Shown piece by piece: positions 22,128 through 31,242 of a DNA stretch of 64,000 nt (its first letter is position 1; the number at the start of each line of letters is the position of its first letter). This DNA comes from Gracilinanus agilis (Eukaryota). The notes below the pieces were generated by a model. It was not told the DNA's origin. It searched no databases and saw only the letters and a program-made list of their open reading frames with translations. The translations under genes were made by a program, and so were the position numbers. The stretch is from positions 207,918,396 through 207,982,395 of the forward strand of contig NC_058132.1 in NCBI RefSeq assembly GCF_016433145.1, read 5' to 3'.

Positions 22128-25100
22128 TGTTACGATTAAAAATGATGAGGGCCGCCGAGATCAAAAGGAAGAATAGTATTTTAATAAAAGCCATGCTGTT
22201 AGAGATAAACTGACCGCGCGCCTGTAAGAAAAACCTATTCCAACCTCACCTCAGCCATTTACTTTCCTCTCTCCTCGAGCTCAGGTAACTCAAGAGGAAG
22301 TTCCAAGTCACTACCCCCTACTTAAAATAGTCCCTCACCTTTAATACGTCATCCAAAACAGGAAACACACGAAACCCTTTGGACCACAGGAAATGTAGTT
22401 TTAAGGACCCCCACAGGTCCACAGAAGTTGGTCAAACACTATATTGAGGTTCAATCCTTCCAAATAGAACCCCAGATGATTTTAACTAACACATTACCCC
22501 CCTGTGATCCTTTGGGAGATAAATCTCCCCAATGGATCAGGAAAATATAATCAAATTAGAGTTTACAATAATTTAGAGATAAAAGGGAGAAAGAACAAAA
22601 CCAATGTTCGGTACATTGACAAAAAACCATTAAGGGGGCAGTCCCCCTTTCTGGCATAAACTGTCCATTCAAAATAAATGCATCCAACCCCATAGTTCAG
22701 ATCAACTGTGCCCCAAAGTTCAAATTGGATCTTCATGATCCAGTGAAGGCTCTTCAGGCATCTTTTGGTGCCTCCACCAAACAGGTTCGTCGTCTGGATT
22801 CTGGGGAGATGGCAAAACCCTTATCCTGAAATTACTTTCAAAGAATTTAAACTTTACATTATAGATTATAAAACATACATTTCCTTCTGAGAATTAACAT
22901 TACCCCTCTGAGTTTACTTCAAAAGGAGTAAACATTGACTTGCAATATAGATTATAGTTCAGACATTATGATTATAAAAACTTAACACACACCCCCCTGA
23001 GGAAAATATTTAACTAACACATTATCCCCTGAAAAAGTCAGCCAAGGATGCATGGCATGAAATCATTTGGCAAAAGAAATAATTTAAAAAAATAAAAAGA
23101 ATAAAATTCAAAAAAAAAGAGAAAAAAATTAACTTGCTGAACAAAATGTAAAATGTGCAAAAATAATGTAGGGGAAATAAACAGGCCTTTGATTCAAGGC
23201 CCAATGAAAGCGATTTAAGCAGTTTGCTATAACCCATTCAGGGCCAGGACTACAGAAAAATTGCTATTTTCTCTCTATATATAGAGGAATAAGGGAAATG
23301 CCTTTCTCTGATCCGATTTTTTCCCTGCATCTTCTCAGGGAATGAGCCATTAAATGATAGCCAATCTTATGTGCTTCACTAGGAATTTAAGTTGAGGGGA
23401 CCCATGTCCTCTAAAGTTTTAGAAAAGACTGTGACTCCAGGACTCAAACCCCAATTTTCAATCCCTTCAAGTATTGGCATAGAACTCCTGCAATTCATGC
23501 AGATTCTTTAGTCAAGTCTCTGACCATGTGGCTCAGCACTTCTCCTGGAATCAGAGAGGCATTAAATCACAATCCCATATAGTCTCAGGCTCAGACTCAG
23601 GTATTTGCATTGAGCTTATTTCGCTGTAGAATCAAAAAAAAAGGATAAATAATGATTATATATGTACTTCCAGTACAAGATGAGAAAAAGGAAAAATCAA
23701 TTGCTCTATAAAAAAATGTTTTAAAAAATCAAAAATATATATACAGCTTAGAACTAGAAGGGTTTTGTTACCCAAAAATGAGATTTTCTGTGAGAGAAAG
23801 TGGGTTTTACAAAATAGCAGATTCACAATGCACATTCAAATAGAGTACCATATTTCTAATAACACATTTTAAAACAATAAACAATGATGTTCAAAAAATC
23901 ATATACTTTTTACAACTTTTAAACCTTGGCTAAGGGTTTCTCAACAAATTCTGTTACTGCTTCCATATAAAAACCTGATATAAAAAAAACCAAAAACCTT
24001 CTGGTCTAAATTATCCTCAAGAATTCTAGACCCTTCTGATAAAAGAGGCTAAAACATAGACTAATATAAAAAAAATATAAGACAACAATTCTTCACAATA
24101 AAATATATAAAGCTTATCCTTTTAAGACAACAATTCTTTTTAAAATAAATACATAAAAACCTTATCATTTATACAGAAGGGTACTAAGCATCTAAAGTAA
24201 ATTTTTAAAAGACCTCTCATAAAATTACAATTTAAATCACAAGGCAATCACCAAACTCTCCAAAGTCAAACAAAATTAAGGCAATTTATAACTTTTAAAA
24301 TGTGTAACTTTCAGATGGTACGAGAACATAGCTTTGTTGTTGATTACAGTAAAAATGAAACCTGAAATAAATTAGGAAATATAATATGTGTATCAGATAA
24401 CAAGCTGGTCAAAACCTCTTACCACTTCTAATATTTTTTTTCATTATTGGGAGTTACAATAAAATCATAAACAGAATTAATCTAGCAGCCACAAACTACA
24501 TTAACTTAAAATGATTCAGTGCAACAGGAAAATCAACGAAATAAGCAAGATTAATTTACAAAACTAATTAGCAAAATACAGTAAGATACAGTCTCTCTAA
24601 AACAGAAATAAAACTCATTCAGTTCTGAGGTTTAAAAGTTCACCCCTTGTTCAATTTAAGGTTCTTTTGATTGAGTTCTGCTGAGTTTAAGGAGTTTTTT
24701 TTTATAATCAGTCTTTGCTCTCAGTTTAAAGTTCTGAGCAGGTATGGGGGTGAATAGGCCATGGGCCCCATTAAAGGTAAACGCTAGGTCCACGTGGTGT
24801 CGGGTCATAGGCTCAGGGCTAGAGAAAAACTTAAAGTCAGTTTTGTAGAAAATACCCACGTGGAGAGCTTGTGGGGGGTGCCTAAATTAGGTCTTTAGAG
24901 AAACACGTGGAGGGCTAGAATGCAGGCCATTACCAAGAGGGGGGAGGGCAATACCAAATGTTTAGCAGCAGCCGAAGAAGTTTCCGAAGATCGCGGCAAG
25001 TCAGGACTGGGTGGCAGTGAAAGCAGCAGCCGGGGGTCATCGCTGTTGGGGCTCCAGGTTGTAATGGAAGGTCAGCACTAGCACCAGCGAAGCAGGATCG

Positions 25101-25802
25101 AAGAAGAGGCACTGGGATGCTTGCAGGCTTGCGGCACAGCAGGAATGGAGATCAGCGGCAGAGACACACTGGCTGGGCTCCGGCATTTTAGTTTTAAAGC
25201 CAAAAGCCAGAATCGGCTGGCCTGACCACCCAAGGTGGTTTTGGCTGGACTGGCTGGCTGAGTCCCACCTGAGGCAAAAACGTGCTGTTGCTTTTAGCAA
25301 AAGCATGGCAAGGAAAGCCACTTTCCTTTTTTAAAAAAAGTGCTCAAAAGAGCTGAGCCAGGCCATAAAGAAAGCATGGCTATCGTTAGGCTATCTGGAA
25401 GATTGAGAGTTTGAATTTCGACCTTCTGGTGCGCCAAACTGTTATGATTAAAAATGATGATGGTCGTGATCAAAAGGAAGAATAGTATTTTAATAAAAGC
25501 CATGCTGATAGAGATAAATTGACCGCGCGCCTGTAAGAAAAACCTATTCCAACCTCACCTCAGCCATTTACTTTCCTCTCTCCTCGAGCTCAGGTAACTC
25601 AAGAGGAAGTTCCAAGTCACTACCCCCTACTTAAAATAGTCCCTCACCTTTAATACGTCATCCAAAACAGGAAACCCACGAAACCCTTTGGACCACAGGA
25701 AATGTAGTTTTAAGGACCCCCACAGGTCCACAGAAGTTGGTCAAACACTATATTGAGGTTCAATCCTTCCAAATAGAACCCCAGGTGATTTTAACTAACA
25801 CA
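22128..25802 (-). mobile_element. Non-autonomous two-LTR endogenous retroelement (probably ERV class I), antisense in intron 33
   Basis: LTRs 22128-22493 and 25440-25802 (8 substitutions + one 3-nt indel by manual alignment), TG...CA ends, TSD CCAG 22124-22127/25803-25806; minus-strand PBS-like TGGCGCACCAGAAGG next to the right LTR; PPT-like GGGGGGTAA next to the left LTR; AT-rich interior with no gag/pol/env ORF. Confidence 0.93.
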
Positions 25803-26090
25803 CCAGGACAGATTCAAGCAAAAATGCAAAGAAATGCATTGTGGCTATAAGGGATATAGGGACCCTGAAAGATTTGCAGTTAAGCAGAATTCTTACCCAG
25901 GATTTCTTTTTAAAAGTCTGAGATCTTTCTCTGTATGTGTGCGCACACGCACGCGCACGCTCACATGCATGTGCAGCTCGGTTAGGAAGCAGGGTGAGGG
26001 ATTAAGTGACCCCCAGAGAGCCCTTCAAACCCAAGATTTGATGAGGCAGTATTTTCTTCAGTTCTTTCACTAATCCCTTTATCTCTATAG

Positions 26091-26217
26091 AGGAGACAAC
26101 AATATATAAAGTACAGAATCTCCAGTGGACAGCGGATTTCTCTGGTGATGTTACTTTGACTTGGACACGGCCAAAAAAAATGCCAGCAGCATCCTGTGTG
26201 TATAATATCTATTACCG
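26091..26217 (+). CDS. SORL1: SORL1 exon 34, start of FN3 region ([43 protein letters not shown])
   Basis: ctctatag acceptor, GTGAGT donor at 26218; 127 nt, phase 1-2. Confidence 0.96.
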
Positions 26218-27315
26218 GTGAGTCCTGGAATTGTCATACATTTCAATCATAAGAGACTATTCTCCATACCCTCTTCTTTTCTGTCTCCATTCTTATGTTC
26301 ATGCCATTTTCCATTCTTGGACTGGATGTCCACAAACCTTGTTCCCATCTTTTGAAGTCCCTCCCCTCTCTTGGGATCCAACTCAAGTACTGCCTTTTTC
26401 ATGGTGCCTTCCCTTGTTCCCAACTCCCAAAGTGAAATTATATATACACCCTCCACAGATTTTTCTTTACAGTTCCCTACTACTTCTTATACCATTTCGA
26501 TTTGTATAAATTTCTTAAGTTATTAGTATACAACCCCAGATTAGATTGAAAGTCTTTAAAAGCAGGGCCTGTGTTCTATAGATCTTTGTATCATCCTGCC
26601 TTGCACAAAGTATTTGTTGAGCAAGTGATAGGGGGAAATGTATGTGTATTTAAATATAAATCAGTCCTGGGAATTTTATAAATATAAAACTATCCATTTT
26701 ATATATAATTAATAAATAATATGTATAATATGATTTACTCTATATCATTGTGTATAAATAATTTATAAAACCCCGAAGGCTGTTATTTGTGCATATGAGT
26801 GTATATATCTAAGTTATGTAACTATATATGTATAAATATAATTTCAAAGCTAGAAGGACCTTAGAGATCATCTAGTCAAAATGGGCTACTGAGGTGATAG
26901 GTTCCTTCTCCTTATCATCATTTTACAGTAAAGTAGATGGATGCAATTAGCAGTTATATGACTTTCTCAAAGTCTCCCAGCTAGTAAGTATCTGAGGTCA
27001 TATTTGAACCCAGGTCTTCCTGACCTCAGACTCAGTGCTCTATCCACAACACTTCCTACCTAGCCTTCACATTTAAGGTTCCTGGAAGAACTGACTAATG
27101 TGAATTCTGAACCACCATCAGTAATCTTCAAAAGACTGGAGAGTGGGGAAAAGTTTACCTAATAAAGAACTAGTAAAAGTACATTTGCCAAAGAATCTTG
27201 CAAATCTAAGCAAAAGGATTAATTAATTAATTAAATTAATCATTAAGATTTTTTAAGGGTTTACTATATACCCATTATACCCATTAGGAAGATAAGTATA
27301 TGAATCTTGGAGAGT

Positions 27316-27621
27316 GCCAGGTCTAGTGGCACATGCTGCAACCCTGCTTCTGAGAAATACTGAGGCTGGTGGGTGGCTTGATTTCAGGCGTTCTGAGCAG
27401 TAGAAGGACTTAAGCCAAAAGAGTGCCTACACCAAGACTGAATCTGTGGAGGGAGCCCAGGAAAGGGGCACTACAAGTCTGCCTACAGAGGAGTGAACCA
27501 ACTCAGGTTGGAAGTAGAGTAGGTCAAAGCTTCCCATGCTATCCATAGGATTGGGCCATTGAGTACTGCACTTCTAGCCTAGGCGAGACAGGGAGGACCT
27601 GCCACAAAATAAAACAAAAAA
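27316..27621 (+). pseudogene. Full-length 7SL (SRP RNA)-derived retrocopy with A-rich tail
   Basis: Colinear with 7SL: GCCAGGTCTAGTGGC head, GTGAACC...CAGGTTGGAA...GAGTAGGTCAAAGC S-domain, CACTTCTAGCCTAGGC 3' end, A tail; heavily CpG-decayed. Confidence 0.88.
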
Positions 27622-28296
27622 TACCCTCATGGAGCTCACATTCTACTGGATGGATACAACCAGATTACAGACGAGTAAATATAATATATACAAAATTAAT
27701 ACAAACTAATCTCTTTGGATTGCGTGGTATAGATGACTTGAGAAGGAGATGGTCTTGAAACAGCTGCTAGGGCCTCAGGTACATATACCCAAATTCACAA
27801 AATACAAATACAATTGATGGTGAACTCTATGGGTTTCTACTGGAAAGAAACAAATCCATCCTTATTGCTGTCATCAGTATCATTTGACCCGTGGAGGGAT
27901 GAGGCCCAATTCTGGATTATGACTCAGCAATTATGCTTTATTCAAAGGCAGCAAGATAGGTAAAGTTACAAAGAGAAGCATTAGGAATGTAGATTTAATC
28001 CTGGAAAGGACTCTCTAGTCTTCATGCCCTTAGTTTACAGGCCAAGAAATTGGGATCCAGAGGACTAGTGACTTGCCTATGTTGTCTATTGAGAATCCAT
28101 ATTAATGTGAATAAAGCTAAGAACTAGAGTAAGGAAGCCTGGCAGAAAGCATCTGGTTAAAGCTCAGGAGAGGCAGAAGTGTTAACCTGTTATGGGAATA
28201 TAGTACAGATTACCTGAGCAGTAAAAGGACTTAAGCCAAAAAGGTGCCTGCACTAAGAATTCTCCCTGCTTCTTCATCTTAGTGCCTTCCTTCTGA

Positions 28297-28471
28297 NNNN
28301 NNNNNNNNNNNNNNNNNNNNNNNNNNNNNNNNNNNNNNNNNNNNNNNNNNNNNNNNNNNNNNNNNNNNNNNNNNNNNNNNNNNNNNNNNNNNNNNNNNNN
28401 NNNNNNNNNNNNNNNNNNNNNNNNNNNNNNNNNNNNNNNNNNNNNNNNNNNNNNNNNNNNNNNNNNNNNNN
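28297..28471. other. Assembly gap (175 N)
   Basis: Run of N in intron 34; no expected exon is missing. Confidence 1.
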
Positions 28472-28534
28472 GATACATACATGGGTTTTAGGAAAGATGA
28501 TAGGTAAACAGAAAAAATATACTGTAGTATAGGC

Positions 28535-28899
28535 CCATGATGGCAATCCTATAGCACACAGAGACCTTTCTGTGGACATTTGCTGGGCCCTAGCTTGGCC
28601 AGCTTGGAGCCTGACCCCACCCTGCATGAAGGGGGTGGGGTCTCCCTCCACTGCTGCAGGGGTGGAACACAGCCAGCCCAGGGCTGGTCACCTGGTCCCA
28701 CCCCCCTGAATACAAAGGGAGGGTATGGGCCACTGGAACCTCCCCGTGGAACTCAGCCCTGGTTTGACCAGCCTGCTGCCTGGCCCTGCCCCCAAATGCA
28801 GGGGTGGGTGGGGCACTGCTCACAGCCAGCAGGCAGGCATGCAGTCTGTAGGGGTATGGCACAGGTCCTTAAAAAGTTCCAAAAGATTTACCATCATTG
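28535..28899 (-). mobile_element. Non-autonomous hAT element (365 bp), ends related to the 13494 element
   Basis: TIRs CCATGATGGCAATCCT / AGATTTACCATCATTG; flanks GTATAGGC / ATATAAAT share the central TATA; GC-rich interior. Confidence 0.65.
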
Positions 28900-29190
28900 A
28901 TATAAATGATAGATACATACATAGATGATAGGATAGATAATAGATAAACAGGTAGCTACATAAATATACAGATGATAGATAAATAGATATGCACACATTG
29001 CATACATAGATAATAAATAGGTTCATATGTACATTGTGGAGAGATGGGATAGATCGATATTTACATATATCAATGACAAGTAAATAGATGTGTACATACA
29101 TGGAAGTATAGATGATAGATACATACATATAGATAATAGGATATATGATAGATTCATAAATACACAGATGATAGAAAGATACATATATAC
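28900..29190. repeat. Degenerate (GATA/TAGA)n tract
   Basis: Repeated gataga/atagat/atac units. Confidence 0.8.
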
Positions 29191-29581
29191 TTTGAGAAGA
29201 GATGGGTCTGGAGTGCTTAATCAGTGCTTATCAATTTGGCTTGAGGCTTGAATGAGAGATTGTAGAAGGAATTCCTGTTCAGCCACATGTCCTAGATAGA
29301 TAGACTCTATGGGTTCTTTTAGCTCTAAGGTTCTGTGATTCTTCCTAAAGTCAGGCCTGTTAGCCCCCATTCGGGGTGCTTTCCATCATGTGGTTCTTTG
29401 CCATCTCTCAGTTCACAGTTCTTTCACTAACTTATCCTTGCCACTGTGGAGAGTAAAAGGTCCTCCTCGTCATGGGATGTTCTGATGCTCATGTGATGAA
29501 AACGCATCTGGCATGGGTGCTTTTAAATGGAGCTGTTTCCATGTTGCTGCAGGGCTGAAACCCCTTTATTTTTTCACCCAG

Positions 29582-29751
29582 GATGGTTGGTGAGAGCATG
29601 TGGAAAACATTGGAGACCAACAGCAACAAAACCATCAGCATCTTGAAAGTCCTGAAACCTGACACCACCTATCAAGTCAAAGTGCAAGTACAATGTCTGA
29701 CTAAAGTGCACAACACCAATGACTTTGTCACCCTCCGAACCCCAGAAGGAC
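29582..29751 (+). CDS. SORL1: SORL1 exon 35, FN3 ([56 protein letters not shown])
   Basis: ttttcacccag acceptor, GTAAGT donor at 29752; 170 nt. Confidence 0.97.
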
Positions 29752-30827
29752 GTAAGTGGGGTTGACTGACAGGCCCTACTTGAGCAGGAATCTGTAGGCT
29801 ACTTCCTAGGAATGACCATAGGACTGGTTTCCTTGTCCTCCTAACTTTGACTTGATTAGGAAAGACCATTGTGAACTAGATATCAGTCTGATGCCACTCT
29901 GATTCAGTGATTTATTTTCTGATTGTTCATTCCTAGATTCTAGCTACTACCACTGTCCTCTTTAAGTATTTCTTCTTTTGGTGCTTTTCTCTCCTGTCCG
30001 TTCAGTCTTTTCCCCCAGCTCATTACCCACTGCTTAGTATTGTTCAACTGACCAATTGCCTTGCTAAAAAGATGGGTCCGATTGTCTTTTTTTTTTCTGA
30101 ACCAAAAGATTATAAAGTAAATGAATATATTGTCTTCAGAGTAGGCAGCTTGGATTATAGTGACACAGTCATTGCTTCAAAACATTATTTGGAATTTACA
30201 ATTTGGAATTTCCATGAAAGCCTACAGGATATTCCTTCAAATATTTCCAGTGAGGACACATCTTTTGCCTTCTGAATGTAGGTCAGATTTTTTTTTTAAA
30301 ATGAGCCAAAAGTAATTTAGAATCACACTTGGGGAAACAAGGTAAGAGGTCAAGCTGCATATTATTTTTGGTACAAGATGAGGAAGAAAATTAACTTTCT
30401 CCTGGACTGGGTTCACTTTTCATGTAGTTGCAAAACAGGGACTTCTGAAGAAATTTTGAGCAAGGGCAGCCTTGTTAAAATAAATGTCTGTTTAGAATGG
30501 GGTAGTACTCACCTGGATATAATAGTTCTGGCTTGTTTGTTTCAAAATTTCATTTCTTTATAGTCATATATAGTCATATAGGGGCTTATCTGAGTATAAT
30601 GGTCTCTAAGAAGCATTATTCTAAACCCCTCAAGAACTTTAATTCTAAAGCATGGTCCAGATAGAGGCACAGTAAAATTTAAGGGACTTAAATTTGGGAC
30701 AAAAGAAGGGTATAATCGTTGTTACATCCAGGTTTTCAATGTGTGGATTATGCACAATGGCAGATGCCTGCCTTCTCTGGGCCTCTGTGTACAAATTCGT
30801 TTTAACCCAGACCCCTCTCTTTCCCAG

Positions 30828-30940
30828 TTCCAGATGCTCCTCGGAATCTTCAGTTATCACTTCATAAGGAAGTTGAAGGAGTGATATTGGGTCACTGGGC
30901 ACCTCCTGCCAATACCCACGGACTCATCCGAGAATACATA
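30828..30940 (+). CDS. SORL1: SORL1 exon 36, FN3 ([38 protein letters not shown])
   Basis: ctttcccag acceptor, GTAAGC donor at 30941; 113 nt. Confidence 0.96.
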
Positions 30941-31073
30941 GTAAGCATCTGTTCCTCTGCTGCAGGCTTCTGGGGCATTCACAATTTATTAGTGTTTAAT
31001 TCCTGCACTTCTCCTATGCCTCTCTGTTTAGAATGGGCCAGTCTCCTCACCTTTGAGAATCTCTTTTCCTGAC

Positions 31074-31077
31074 TATA

Positions 31078-31108
<31 letters not shown>

Positions 31109-31113
31109 TTTTT
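31074..31113. repeat. (TA)13 followed by T14
   Basis: Direct reading; ends 24 nt upstream of exon 37. Confidence 0.95.
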
Positions 31114-31137
31114 CCTTTCTTTCTCTCTTGATTTTAG

Positions 31138-31242
31138 GTGGAATATGGTAGAAGTGGTACCAAGATGTGGGCCTCCCAGAGAGCACCTAGTAACTACACC
31201 GAAATAAAGAATTTGTTGGTCAACACTTTATATACCCTAAGA
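31138..31242 (+). CDS. SORL1: SORL1 exon 37, FN3 ([35 protein letters not shown])
   Basis: attttag acceptor, GTGAGT donor at 31243; 105 nt, phase 0-0. Confidence 0.96.

Noticed and set aside
24656-25503. Minus-strand ORFs in the ERV leader, including one starting MG (possible gag)
   Set aside because: The MG ORF starts at GTG, is 67 aa and has no matrix/capsid/MHR/CCHC motif; the others are short with no retroviral motifs
22128-25802. LTR pair as an assembly duplication artefact
   Set aside because: The copies differ at several positions, have TG/CA ends, a TSD, and PBS and PPT in the correct retroviral geometry
26655-26775. Weak inverted repeat TTTTATAAAT...ATTTATAAAA
   Set aside because: Only ~10 bp in very AT-rich sequence; no TIR or TSD support
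28182-28900. ORFs spanning or next to the N gap
   Set aside because: Artefacts of N translation, or of the GC-rich interior of a hAT MITE
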